The position numbers were made by a program, and so were the translations under genes. Source: Octopus sinensis (taxonomy: Eukaryota). Taken from it: a DNA stretch of 64,000 nt. Below, piece after piece: positions 1-11,715 of this stretch (position 1 is its first letter; the number at the start of each line of letters is the position of its first letter). The DNA lies in NCBI RefSeq assembly GCF_006345805.1, contig NC_043002.1, positions 82,398,001-82,462,000 on the forward strand. The letters are read 5' to 3'. Under the pieces are notes generated by a model, which searched no databases, had not been told where the DNA came from, and saw only the letters and a list, made by a program, of their open reading frames with translations.

Positions 1-2094
1 AAACAAATAGATGAATCAATAGCTAGAAACAACAGCAATTACACCCCTACCAAGGGAAAGAATAAAGCCTTAGACTGCTATTGTGACTACATAACTAATT
101 TCCCTTTTCAATTCACCAAGAAACAAAAACATAGCCAAAACTTTAACAAAAGAGAATGGAATGACCTCATCAAACTAAGAGAAGACAAAACAATAACAAT
201 TAAGGAGGCAGATAAGGGCAACGCGGTAGTATTAATGACTACAAACGATTATAAAAATTTAGTGCTATCCCTATTAAAAGATGAAACGTATTATGAAAGG
301 GCCCAACAGTATAATCAGCCAAAAATAATGTATAACCTCAGGACATTAATCAACACATACCGAGAAGGACTCACGGACAAGGAGTACGAATACATCACTA
401 ACTTTAAGTGCAAATCAAGTTTGTTCTACGGTATCCCTAAAGTCCACAAAAGCCAAATAATTAGTGAAACATGCAAAACATCTACCGATATACTCATCAA
501 AATCCCTTCACCAAATGATCTTAAATTTAGACCGATAATAGCAGGCCCAGCATGTGAAACTCACCGCCTCAGCAATTTCTTAGACACACTTCTTAAACCT
601 TTCCTAAAGCACATCAAAAGCTACGTAAGAGATGATATAGACATGCTTAACCACCTCCCCAAAACAGTCAATGAGAAAACCCTTCTAGTATCCTTCGACG
701 TAATTAACCTTTATTCAAACATCCCTCACACCCTAGGAATAGAAGCGATCACTTTCTGGCTAAATAACTACTCCTTTGAACTCCCAACTCGCATAAATAA
801 AGAACTTATAATAGAAGGACTTACATTTATTTTAGAAAACAATTACTTTATTTTTGACAATAATTTCTACAGACAAAGATCGGGAACAGCGATGGGCACG
901 CGTACTGCGCCTTTTTTTGCCAACCTAGTGATGGGATACCTCGAGAAAATACTCTACCAGAAAACACTCGAGAAATATGGAAACACCTTCTCCACCTATA
1001 TCCAGAACAACTGGAAAAGCTACCTCGACGACTGCTTTATCCTCTGGGATAAAAGTATAGAGAAACTTGAGGAATTTAAAATACTATTAAATGGAATAAA
1101 TGATAATATTCAGTTCACGATGGATCATAACGAAGAAGAATTGCCATTTTTAGACATCCTCATTAAGAAAGCCGGCAACAAAATAGAGACAGATATCTAT
1201 TATAAATCGACAAACTCCAAGCAGTACCTACCCTTTGATTCATGCCACCCAAGACACACTAGAATAAATGTCCCTTTTTGTTTAGCTAGAAGGATTTGCA
1301 CCATAATATCAGACACAAACACCCAACACACACGTCTCCAGGAACTTAGAACTACACTCACAAATAGAAATTATCCACAGCCCCTAATAGACAGTGCAAT
1401 CCAACGGGCACTTAAATTAAGTATAGAAGACCTGAGACAAACAAAACCAAAAAAGAAAGAAAAATTAAAAACCCTTCCCTATATCTCTACACACAACCCA
1501 CTTAACAATGCGGCCTTCAGCACCATACTACAAAGCACAGCCCTACTAAAGGGAGACCCAAAGATGAACCGGATCCTCGAAACACACACCATCATTAAAA
1601 GTAAACGGCAACCAAAATCCTTGAAAAGGATTTTAACCCAAGCTAAACTGCACTCAACATCAACCACAAAACCAGCAGTTAGAAAATGTGGAAAGCCCAA
1701 CTGCGGAATCTGTGTCATCTTGGTAGAAGGTTCAGAATTTATACTAAAGCAAGGCCATCAGTTCACCATTAGAACAAACTTCACCTGTGCATCAGAAAAC
1801 TTAATTTACATCTTAACATGCGCAGGTTGCAATAGGCAGTATATAGGCCATACAAAAAATAGCTTACGTAAAAGGATGGCGGTGCATAAATCCCAAATTA
1901 GAAACCCTGAATACCGGAAAATACCAGTCAGCGGACACATAGATAGATGTGCTTCAAATGAAAATCCGAAATTTACAACTTGCCCACTTTACAAATTCAG
2001 TGACAGCGTAACCTTCACCCAACGCCAAAATAAAGAACTTTATTTCATCAAAAAATTTAGACCAAGTTTGAACACCCTGGGCCAGGAATATTAA
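1..2094 (+). CDS. Penelope-like element (PLE) ORF: reverse transcriptase plus GIY-YIG endonuclease; 5' end lies outside the window
   Basis: Frame 1 is open from base 1 (…IKEADKGNAVVLM, the PLE DKG motif) into the 235-2094 ORF. Motifs: FYGIPKVHK, FRPIIAG, VSFDVINLYSNIPH, GTAMGT, SYLDDCF, YLPFDSCHP, CGKPNCGIC, IYILTCAGCNRQYIGHT (GIY-YIG). No stops or frameshifts. Confidence 0.95.
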   Translation, partial: KQIDESIARNNSNYTPTKGKNKALDCYCDYITNFPFQFTKKQKHSQNFNKREWNDLIKLREDKTITIKEADKGNAVVLMTTNDYKNLVLSLLKDETYYERAQQYNQPKIMYNLRTLINTYREGLTDKEYEYITNFKCKSSLFYGIPKVHKSQIISETCKTSTDILIKIPSPNDLKFRPIIAGPACETHRLSNFLDTLLKPFLKHIKSYVRDDIDMLNHLPKTVNEKTLLVSFDVINLYSNIPHTLGIEAITFWLNNYSFELPTRINKELIIEGLTFILENNYFIFDNNFYRQRSGTAMGTRTAPFFANLVMGYLEKILYQKTLEKYGNTFSTYIQNNWKSYLDDCFILWDKSIEKLEEFKILLNGINDNIQFTMDHNEEELPFLDILIKKAGNKIETDIYYKSTNSKQYLPFDSCHPRHTRINVPFCLARRICTIISDTNTQHTRLQELRTTLTNRNYPQPLIDSAIQRALKLSIEDLRQTKPKKKEKLKTLPYISTHNPLNNAAFSTILQSTALLKGDPKMNRILETHTIIKSKRQPKSLKRILTQAKLHSTSTTKPAVRKCGKPNCGICVILVEGSEFILKQGHQFTIRTNFTCASENLIYILTCAGCNRQYIGHTKNSLRKRMAVHKSQIRNPEYRKIPVSGHIDRCASNENPKFTTCPLYKFSDSVTFTQRQNKELYFIKKFRPSLNTLGQEY

Positions 2095-2124
2095 AACAAA
2101 ACATTGGTCTTCCGAAAAGGAAAA

Positions 2125-2465
2125 ATGAAATTCTACCACAACCACCACGATCACTACGACTGCTTCCACTATCACTACTACTACAACCACCGTGGTCACT
2201 ACTATTGCTGCTATGAGCAACAGTCCTCTACTACTGCTGCTGCTACGGCCACAGCTTAACTGCTACAACCCCAACCACCACCACGGTTGCCAAAACTACG
2301 ACCAACAGTAACTGCTACTACTGCCATTTAAGCCACTAAACATACTGCTGCTGCTAGGACAGCCACAACTTAGCTACCACAACCAATAAGCTGCTGCAAC
2401 CCCAACCACCACCACGGTTACTACTACTACGACCAACAATCACTACTGCTGCTACCATTCCATTG
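2125..2465 (+). repeat. Low-complexity (ACT/GCT/ACC)n tract with internal duplicated blocks, 3' of the PLE ORF
   Basis: Blocks such as ctgctacaaccccaaccaccaccacggtt occur twice (about 2261 and about 2392) among trinucleotide runs. Confidence 0.7.
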
Positions 2466-2657
2466 GAACACAAGGAAAAAAAAAATAAGCACATGGTTCC
2501 TTTTGATACCAGCAAGAAACAATAATGAACTTCTTTACTACACTCAACTATAATATAGCGATTATACCAACTACCGACAAAACACCACCACATGGATTCT
2601 ATTGAGACCAGTAAGAAACAATTATGAACTTTTCTATTGCACTTTTCTTTCTATAAT

Positions 2658-2702
2658 ATTTTTGATAAGGTTCGTTTTTTCAAGAACCGAAACATGTAAA
2701 AT
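2658..2702 (+). ncRNA. Minimal type I hammerhead ribozyme in the PLE 3' terminal region
   Basis: ATTT-[TTGATAA]-GGTTC-loop-GAACC-[GAAA]-CATG-TA-AAAT. Helix I is ATTT/AAAT, helix II is GGTTC/GAACC, helix III is the palindrome ACATGT, and the triplet is GUA. The core C3-G8 pair is replaced by U3-A8. Confidence 0.8.
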
Positions 2703-2777
2703 TCATAAGAAAATTAAAATTTATCTAATATAGTGGCGTTTTCAAACTTCTTTTTTACAAATATATATATATATATA

Positions 2778-4246
2778 TCATCATCATTATCATCATCGTT
2801 TAACGTCCGTTTTCCATGCTAGCATGGGTTGAACGGTTCAACTGGGGTCTGGGAAGCCAGGAGGCTGTGCCAGGCTCCAATCTGATCTGGCAGTGTTTCT
2901 GCAGCTGGATGCCCTTCCTAACGCCAACCACTCCGCGAGTGTAGTGGGTGCTTTTTACGTGCCACCTGCACAGGTGCCAGACGAGGCTGGCAAACGGCCA
3001 CAATCGGATGGTGCTTTTTACGTGCCACAATCGGATTGTGCATTTTACGTGCCACTGGCACGGAGGCCAGTCGGGGCGGCACTGGCAACAGCCACGTTCA
3101 GATGGTTCTCTTACATGCCATCGGCACTGGTATCACAGCTACAATTTCCATTGATGTTGATTGATTTAGATTTTCATTTTCATTTTCACTTGCCGCAACA
3201 GGTCTACACAAGTAGGGTTTGTGTCACAAGAAGGAAAGGTATGCACAAGTGGGCTGGCTACATCCCAGGTAGAGGCCACGGGCTATGGTCTCACTTGTCC
3301 TGCTGGGTCTTCCCACGCACAGCATACTTCCAAAGGTCTCAGTCTCTGGTCATTTCCTCGGTGAGACCTAATGTTCGAAGGTCATGCTTCACCACCTCAT
3401 CCCAGGTTTTCCTGGGTCTACCTCTTCCACAGGTTCCCTCAACCGCTAGGGTGTGGCACTTTTTCACACAACTATCTTCATCCATTCTCGCTACATGACC
3501 ATACCAGCACAAACATCTCTCTTGCACACCACATCTGATGCTTCTTAAGTCCAACTTTTCTCTCAAGGTACTTACACTCTGTCGAGTATGAACACTGACA
3601 TTACACATCCATCGGAGCATACTGGATTCATTTCTTATGAGCTTACTCATGTCCTCAGCAGTCACGGCCCAAGTTTCACTGCTATGTAGCATGACTTTTC
3701 GTACATATGCGTCATACAGTCTGCCTTTTATTCTGATTGAGAGGCCTTTTGTCACCAGCGGAGGTAATAGCTCTCTGAACTTTGCCCAGGCTATTCTTAC
3801 TCTAGCAGTTACACTTTCAGCACACCCACCCCCGCGACTGACTTGGTCACCTAGGTAACAGAAGCTATCAACAATTTCTAGTTTTTCTCCCTGGAATGCG
3901 GCAGAAGTTGGTCTCTGAGCATTTTCAGTGTTTATTGCTCCTGAGTATCTGCCACATACAAAAACTACCTTCCTAGTTAGCCTTCTTTTGACATTGCTGC
4001 ACCTCTTATGTGTCCATAGCTTACACTTGGTGCATCTTATAGAGCTTCTGCCTACGCCTTTTCTACAGATCGAGCAGGGCCATCTACCTGAAGGCGTTTG
4101 ATTTACCTGCCTTCCTACACATTAGGACCTTGGTTTTAGCTAGGTTGATTTTAAAGCCCTTCGATTCTAATCCTTGTCTCCACATTTGAAACTTTGCCTC
4201 TAGTTCTGATAGTGACTCAGCAATTAGAGCAAGGTCATCAGCATAT
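2778..4246 (-). mobile_element. 5'-truncated RTE-clade LINE (end of RT, C-terminus and 3'UTR with (GAT)n tail)
   Basis: The minus ORF 3339-3755 (RLYDAYVRKVMLHSSETWAVT…RKTWDEVVKHDLRTLGL) is near-identical to the element at 56.9-60.4 kb. Homology ends at the YADD motif near 4246. Confidence 0.92.
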
Positions 4247-4286
4247 ACCTTGCTCTAATAGCTGAGTCACTACCAGAACTATATAT

Positions 4287-7200
4287 ATGCGGGCCACCAT
4301 TCGCTCCAATCTCTCCAAACTACATACCATCAACCGCCTTCTTCCTCCTGCTTTCTCCACCTTCTTCTCCTCTCTGCCGCCTCTCTATGCTCCAAACACG
4401 CTACGCTTCATTATCCATTTGAATCAACTCTTCCATCAATTTCTTTCTGATACCAAACTTCGTAAACTCCAATCACTCTTCCATTCCACCCTACCCGACG
4501 CCACTACCCCAACTCCTCCACCCCCACCCTTCTCCCCTCCCGATAGGCTCCGTCCACCCACACCTAACCCCACTGCCCCTCCCTACAACCCCTTCTCCCC
4601 TCCCGTTAGGCTCCATCCACCTACACCTAACCCTACTGCCCCGCCCAACCACTCCCCACACACCTCCCCAATCCCTCCCCTCAGACCTCCACGAGACCTA
4701 CCACCCCTCCTACTTCTATTCCACCCACCCCTTCTCCACTTCCGTCTGTTGTTACCATTCCCCCCGATCTTCCCCTCTCTGCGCTGAACGCTCCGTCCTT
4801 GGTAGGGGTCTGCGTTTCATCCCCCTCACTCCATCCTGTAAGGAATTCCAGACGCGAGTTGATGTCCACAGCTTTGTGCGCCGTGTCCGGTTGGGTGCGC
4901 ATTACCACGACTCGCCACCCACACCCAACGAAGAGGATGACTGCTTCACTGGCCTGGGCCGCCGACCGTGGACGCCTGCCCCTGGCCAGATCCTAGCAGT
5001 GGATCTTTTCGCGGGCGCTTGTCAGCGTGCATTGGAGCGGTTCAACTTCTCCAGGCGCCAACGCCGCCTCTACATCTCCCCGGCTGAGCTCTTGGCTCTT
5101 CGTTCCCTCCAACGGCGCGCTGACATTATCATCAAACCGGCTGACAAGGGTGGAGCTGTAGTGGTGTGGCGCGCGGACCTCTATAGGGCCGAGGCTTTCC
5201 GCCAACTCAATGACACCTCCTTCTATTCCCCTCTGCCCTCTAACCCCACACGTAGCTACCAACAGACGGTATCCTCTACTGTCCAAGACCTCATCTCGTC
5301 CTCCCGTCTCCCCCGCACCGCATCCAACCTAATTGTGCGAACCTCACGTACCCCCACCATTTACTTCCTCCCCAAAATCCACAAACCCAACACCCTGGCC
5401 GCCCATCGTCTCCGCCTGTAACTGCCCCACGGAGCTCATCTCTAAATACCTCGACCGTGTCCTTGCCCCCCTAGTGGCATCTCTTCCCTCCCACATCCAC
5501 GATACCAACCATGCTCTCCGGCTTTTCAACTCTTTCTCCTTCCTCCCGGCTCCTCAAATCCTTTTTACTATGGACATCCAAAGCCTCTATACTGTTATCC
5601 CTCACCACGAAGGACTGCAGGCCCTTCGACACTTTCTTGACCTCCGCTCTAACCCTGTACCTGACACCTCCACACTCATTCGTCTGGCCGAACTTGTCCT
5701 TACTCTGAACTGCTTCTCGTTCGCGGGCGAGTTCTACCATCAGTCTCGGGAGTGGCCATGGGAACGCGAATGGGCCCCAACTATGCGAACCTGTTCGTTG
5801 GCTATGTTGAGGCCCAAATATTCTCTAATTCACTGGTCCCACTCCTGAACTATATGGTCGTTATATTGACGACATTATCGGTGCCACCTCACTCTCCCGC
5901 GAACATCTAGATTCCTTCCTCTCTTTCGTCCAATCTTTCCATCCAGCCCTCCACTTCACTTCCACTATCTCCAACACCTCTGTCTCCTTCCTCGACATTT
6001 CGGTTAGCATTCTTCACTCCACTCTTACCACCTCCATTCACTACAAACACACAGACTCACACTCATACCTCAACTTCTCTTCCTCCCACCCAGAACACAC
6101 CAAGCTTTCCATCCCCTATTCCCAATTCCTCCGTCTACGTAGGCTCTGTAGTGACGACCATGACTTGAGACTCAGTCTCAACGTATGGCTCACCACTTCA
6201 CCCTACGTGGATACCCCCTCACCACTATCAACACCGCCCTTGCCAGAGCACGGTCCGTGGACCGTGTATCTGCTCTCTCTCCCCGAACCCGCCCTGTAGT
6301 CTCTCCCGCCTCCTTTTCCCCTCACTTACCACCCCACGACCCTACGTCTCCAACGCACCATTCTTCGAGCTTTCCGTCATCTCCAGTCCGACCCGTCACT
6401 TCACACCTCTTCCCTAACCGACCCCTCCCCTCTTTCAAACGAGCCCACAACCTTCGAGACCTTTTGGTCCATAGCTCCTTCCCTGACCCTACCTCCAACC
6501 CGGCTCGTTCCCCTGCTCCCGCCCACGTTGCCGCACTTGCCCTTACCTCTCCAACACCACCCGCCTCACTAGCACCCACCATCGACCTATCCCATCATCC
6601 ACTCCTTCACCTGCACCTCCAGCAATATTATCTATTGCATCTCTTGCTCTCTCTGCAATCCTTGTACATCGGACAAACGGGACGCCGCTTGGCTGACCGG
6701 TTCGCGGAACACCTTCGTGACATCCACCTTGCGAACGACACCACGGTCTCACGCCATTTCCGCTCCACCGGTCACTCCTTGCAACACCTATCTGTGTTCG
6801 GTTTGTCCTTACACAGAGGCCATCCGGATTCCCGTTTGCGCCGTGAACAGGAATTAATCTTCTCTCTTCGCTCTTATACGCCATTTGGTCTCAACTCTCC
6901 CCCCTCCCCCTCCTCACCTATCCTTTCTCCCCCCGACCCCTACTTCTTCAGTCCTTCATCCTTTCACCCCTACTCCCCTTCCTTCTTCCCTCTTTCTCCC
7001 TCCCTCTTCCCCTTCCCTCTGCTCCCTCTCTCCCCTTCCTTCTCCCCCATCCTCTCCTCTTTCCCCCTTCTCCTCCCCCTCTTCTTCCCCTCCCCTTCTC
7101 CCCCTCCCCCTCTTCTCCTCACTAAACAACATGACTTACACATCACATCACCATGATGTGCCATACTAATACACACACAACTAATACATACTAATACGTA

Positions 7201-7790
7201 CTAATACATACTAGTACATACTAACTTACACCAACCCTATACATACACACGTCCAGACCCCGCATACGCACTTATACTCTCTCACACACACACACACCTA
7301 TACATACCAATACGTACTAATACATACTAATACATACACCAACCCCATACATACGCACGTCCAGACCAATCCTACGCACTAATACTCTCTCATACACACA
7401 CACACACACACACACACACAGCCTTATACATACTATATATACACCAACCCTATACATACACACATCCAGACCCCTCCCACGCACTTTTAGCTGGTCCTCA
7501 ACCCGTTTATCAACCCTATTATCTCCCCTTATTTCGCTCTCGCGTCTCATGTTTGATCTTTGACCTCTGGCCGAAATCAGATCGCCATGTTGATTCGTTA
7601 GCTACTGCACGCATCTTTTTTCTCTCCTTCTTTCTGTTTTTCTCTCTCTGTGTATCTTTCTGTTGAAGAGCGTAGGCTCGAAACGTTAAAGACTTGTTTT
7701 ATTTATATTTCCTGAGCGCCATACTAATACAATTGTTCGTTTGTTTCCACCTGCCTTCGTCATTTGTTTATTTTCATAAAGCTTCCCGTT
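4287..7790 (+). mobile_element. Second Penelope-like element of a different family, near full length, ORF broken by frameshifts
   Basis: Motifs spread over several frames: IIIKPADKGGAVVVW, TIYFLPKIHKPN, IVSACNCPTELISKYLD, FTMDIQSLYTVIPH, YIGQTGRRLADRFAEH (GIY-YIG). The 3' region has tandem catactaatac repeats and a hammerhead-like motif. Confidence 0.92.
7655..7692 (+). ncRNA. Minimal hammerhead-like ribozyme with a non-canonical core (CUGUUGA)
   Basis: TCTTT-[CTGTTGA]-A-GAGC-GTAG-GCTC-[GAAA]-CGTT-AAAGA. Helix I is TCTTT/AAAGA, helix II is GAGC/GCTC, and helix III is a palindromic ACGT. The position equivalent to A6 is U. Confidence 0.65.
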
Positions 7791-8191
7791 ATATATATAT
7801 ATAATATATATATTATATATATTATATAATAATATATATATATATTATATATATATATACATACATATACATATACACACATACATACATATGCACATAC
7901 ATACATAAATGCATACATGCACACATACATATGTACATATATATCATGAACTAACTGTTACTTTCTCAGATGCAGCATGGAGTTTTATCAGTGAACAGTT
8001 CGCGGTCTCAAAGTGACGAAAATATTTTCACAAATTAAATTTAAATGTTGAAGTGAATCTAACGGTTTTTGTGTGTTCTTAAATGGCTTATAAACACCTT
8101 CCACGCTGCAATTGTTGCGTTCCAGCACACGATCTCAGGTCAGGTCACTTGCTATGCAAGTACATCTCCGTAATATATATAATATATATAT

Positions 8192-8262
<71 letters not shown>
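7790..8262. repeat. (TA)n, (CATA)n and (GA)n microsatellites flanking a short dispersed repeat of about 210 bp
   Basis: Seen directly in the sequence. Confidence 0.85.
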
Positions 8263-8265
<3 letters not shown>

Positions 8266-8508
8266 CATTATCATATATGTTGCTATAAAAACATTTCTGG
8301 TTATTAAAAAAGGTTTTGTTAGCAGAGATTTTCAGTTTAAATTTTTCTTTGTCGAAGATTCATCGTTTTGTCAATGGACCCATATTGTTGTCCGCAAACA
8401 ACAGCAGTAACTTGCTACAGTTGAATACATGTCGTTGATTGGTTAAAATTACCCAAATATGACAACTTTAACACAAGATAACTTATAAAATACAAAATTT
8501 TGTCAAAA

Positions 8509-8905
8509 CCGCAGGAGTGGCCGTGTGGTTAGTAGCTTGCTTAACAACCACATGGTTCCGGGTTCAGTCCCACTGCGTGGCACCTTCGGCAACTGTCTTT
8601 TACTATAGCCTCGGCCGACCAAAACCTTGTAAGGGGATTTGGTAGATGGAAACTGAAAAAAGTCCGTCGTATATATGTATATATGTGTGTGTGTATGTAT
8701 GTATGTTTGTGTGTCTGTGTTTGTCCCCGCAACATCGCTTGACAACCGATGCTGGTGTGTATACGTCCCCGTAACCTGGCGGTTCGGCAAAAGAGCCCGA
8801 TAGAATAAGTACTAGGCTTACAATGAATAAATCCTGGGGTCGATTTGCTCGACGAAAGGCGGTGCTCCAGCATGGCCACAGTCAAATGACTGAACCAAGT
8901 AAAAA
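8509..8905 (+). mobile_element. tRNA-derived SINE; further copies near 27.56-27.79, 30.2-30.4, 32.7-32.9, 52.13-52.48 (minus) and 52.8-53.1 kb (plus)
   Basis: Head with A/B-box-like GGAGTGGCCGTGTGG…GGTTCAGTCCC, internal (TG)n, and a shared tail ggcggtgctccagcatggccacagtcaaatgactgaa found in several copies in the window. Confidence 0.8.
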
Positions 8906-9976
8906 AGTAAAGTGGAAGTATGCAAAAAAACATTATTTTCCATCTTACTGTTTCGTTTCGTTTTGAAAAATAAAAATTTATTTTATGGCTTGTTATTGTT
9001 TACATTTTGAATTACATAATCTTTATGGGATGAGGGGCAAAATTTTCTACGTGCAACGGTGGACCTTAATCCGGCCCTGTATAAGTAGCAATTGAATTGA
9101 AATAAGCAGTTTTGCATCTTTTTCTTAAAATTCGCATTTCTAAAATGTAATCACCGACACATTAAAAACTGACCAAAAGAGTAATAATACGAAATACACA
9201 TCTGAGGGTAATTTCGTTGACTTACAGTGTCGGTTTTTCGTAGAGTCTTCAAATGACATTTCCCGCTAAATCTCTTTTTCATGTATTTAAAGATATTTCG
9301 TATTAAACACTGATTTATTTATCCTAACAGGTAAGATATACTACATATTTTATTTTAGTAAAAGCCAATGAACCTAGCTAATTAGAAATTCCAGACAATA
9401 GTGAAAGTTTTCAATATTACTAGTCTAAGATCGATTTTAATTAGGCGTAACTTCGGTATACGACCCGGAAGTATCGGATACATTTCAAGAAAGTGTTTTT
9501 TTTAAAATATATATAGGGGGTTAGGGGTGGAAGAAAAGGGTTTCTGTTATCTTCAGAAATGCAAACACAGCCACTTAGGGTACCTATACCGAAGGATCGC
9601 CCCGTTCTTTAATAAAAGCCAATGGACCTGGCTACTTGACTGAAAGTTTTCAATATTGCTAGTGTGACATCGATATAAATTCTGTACTCCGGTAAACTTC
9701 TTTAATTAGGCGAATAAAATCTAAAGTGTATTTTATTTGGTATTGCCATGAAAAAGCACCAAATTTTCATTTCTTTTATTACAGTAAATATTCCATTTGC
9801 TAATTGTCCCCATCCAAAGCCGTTTATTGTTTTATCATAAAATTATCACTTGCGTCATATCTCTGCTGTTTCTTTTCTCTCAAAATGATCCACGTTAATA
9901 GTTTACATTTTTTTCCCGTTCCAATCGTCTTGATTGCTCTTATAGATATAATCAATTAATTCCATTTATAGATTGT

Positions 9977-10180
9977 ATATTCGCTGGAATTGAGCGGATT
10001 AGCAAACGTCGCTTTGTTGTTCCTGTGACTGGTCAGAAGCGTGACAAAGCTACATTGCTTCCACTAATTCAAAAATACATCAAACCTGGCTCAGTTATGT
10101 ACAGTGATTCTTGGACGGCTTAAAAAGATATACAAACTTTGGGTTCTCAGCATTAAATGATAAACCACAAAGAAACTTTT
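9977..10180 (+). pseudogene. Merlin/IS1595-like DDE transposase fragment
   Basis: Translates as IFAGIERISKRRFVVPVTGQKRDKATLLPLIQKYIKPGSVMYSDSWTA*KDIQTLGSQH*MINHKE, parallel to the 44.5-44.9 kb transposase (RRDATTLIPLITRYIRQGSIVYSDSWAAY). Confidence 0.8.
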
Positions 10181-10434
10181 GCTCCCTAACTTGTTACATT
10201 CTACCAACTATTTCTTGTGAAATATTTATCTAAAAGGATTGCCCAACATTTACTGAATCTTGAGTCTGTGTGCCCCAGATTCCTGAATTCTGTTCTCATC
10301 CCCTTCTAAGTAAAATGCATGTCATCTGGATGGTGAGGAATACTTCATTGGGAGTGGTAACAACTAGGGTACTGTAGCTGACTGCTTATTGTTATCATAT
10401 GTCTTTTGGTTTCCTGTAGCTTTGCTCTCTTTTA

Positions 10435-11715
10435 TGAGGGGTGTTCGATAAGTAATGCTCCTGACCCACTTCCCATAGCAGTAGAGCAACGAAACTTGGC
10501 ACAGTTATTAGTCTTTTGCTACATAGGAACCACACAGAGTTACGCATTTCTCCCATCGTTTGATGCAGCTCTGGAGACCGTTTTTGTAGAAGACCCTAGC
10601 TTGGTCCTCCAATCACGACGTGACTTCAGAAATCAAGGCTGCATTATCTGGGAAACGCTTTCCTTTCAAAAACAAACTTCATGGCTGGGAAGAGGTGAAA
10701 ATCAGAGGGTGCAAGGTCAGGAGAGTAGGGGGGATGGGGGAGGAGTTCATAGCCGTATGCTTGTGCTTCTGATCTGGTGACACGCGAGTTGTGGACCGGA
10801 GCATTGTCCTGCAGGAGGAGGATGCCTTTGCTGATCTTGCCCCGCCTCTTGATTTTGATAGCTTCTCTTAATTTCCTCAAAAGTGAAGCATAATAGGCTC
10901 CTGTAATTGTGGTACCCTTTGCCAGGAAATCTGTTATCACTACTCCGTCCTGGTCCCAGAAGACTGTGAGCATGACCTTGCCAGCGGAGGGCTGCACCCT
11001 TGCCTTCTTTGGAGGTGAGTCACGGTACTTCCACTGCATTGACTGGGCTTTGGTCTCTGGATCATAGTGATGGACCCAGGTTTCATCCTGTGTAATCAGT
11101 CTTTTGAAAAATTTTGACTCATCTTCTTGGCACATCTCCAAATTCATCCTCGAGCACTCGACGCGTTCTTGCTTCTGTAAAGGTGTGAGCAACCTGGGAG
11201 TCCACCTGGCAGACACCTTTTGCATATGAAAATGGTCATGAATGATAGTTTCCACAGACCCAGTACTAATCTTGACCTCGTGGGCTATTTGGCGAATAGT
11301 TATACGTCGCTCTTCCAAAATGGCAGCCTCAACTTGACGGACAGATGCCTCATCAATGGCAGAAGCGGGGTGACCAGATCTGGGAACTGTTTCCACAGAG
11401 TTCCGACCATGTTTGAATTCACGATGCCAGCGTTTTACAAGGTCATATGACGGGGCATCATCACCATAAGTTACTTTCATTTCATCAAAAGTGTGCGTCC
11501 TTTCAAATACAAAAACCGGATCACTGCTCGACACTCAACAGGCTCCATTTCACATTTGACTCAGTTCAAACACCTGTAAATCAGAAACCACAATTAGTTC
11601 AGAGCTGTAATTTGCCATTTAATCTATAGAGATAGAAATAATTACTCATGCAAAATTTCAGCTAGATCAAACAATTGCAAGTGGGTCAGGGGCATTACTT
11701 ATTGAACGTCCCTCG
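10435..11715 (-). mobile_element. Full-length mariner DNA transposon (1281 bp) with a frameshifted transposase
   Basis: Imperfect TIRs (tgaggggtgttcgataagtaatgctcctgacccact and agtgggtcaggggcattacttattgaacgtccctcg) with TA on both sides. The ORF has ITQDETWVHHY, LLQDNAPVH and HPPYSPDLAPSDF. The likely ATG at 11548 (MEPVECRAVIRFLYLKG) and the C-terminus are in other frames. Confidence 0.95.

Noticed and set aside
2814-2827. Perfect 14-bp palindrome CCATGCTAGCATGG recurring about ten times in the window
   Set aside because: It is a fixed part of the RTE 3'UTR, so its recurrence reflects LINE copy number and not an independent regulatory array.
6885-7176. Pro/Ser/Leu-rich and Gly/Glu/Arg-rich ORFs
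   Set aside because: They are translations of a polypyrimidine low-complexity tract at the end of PLE2.
8509-8600. tRNA-like A/B boxes
   Set aside because: These are SINE heads continuous with SINE bodies, with no complete cloverleaf. No tRNA gene is called.
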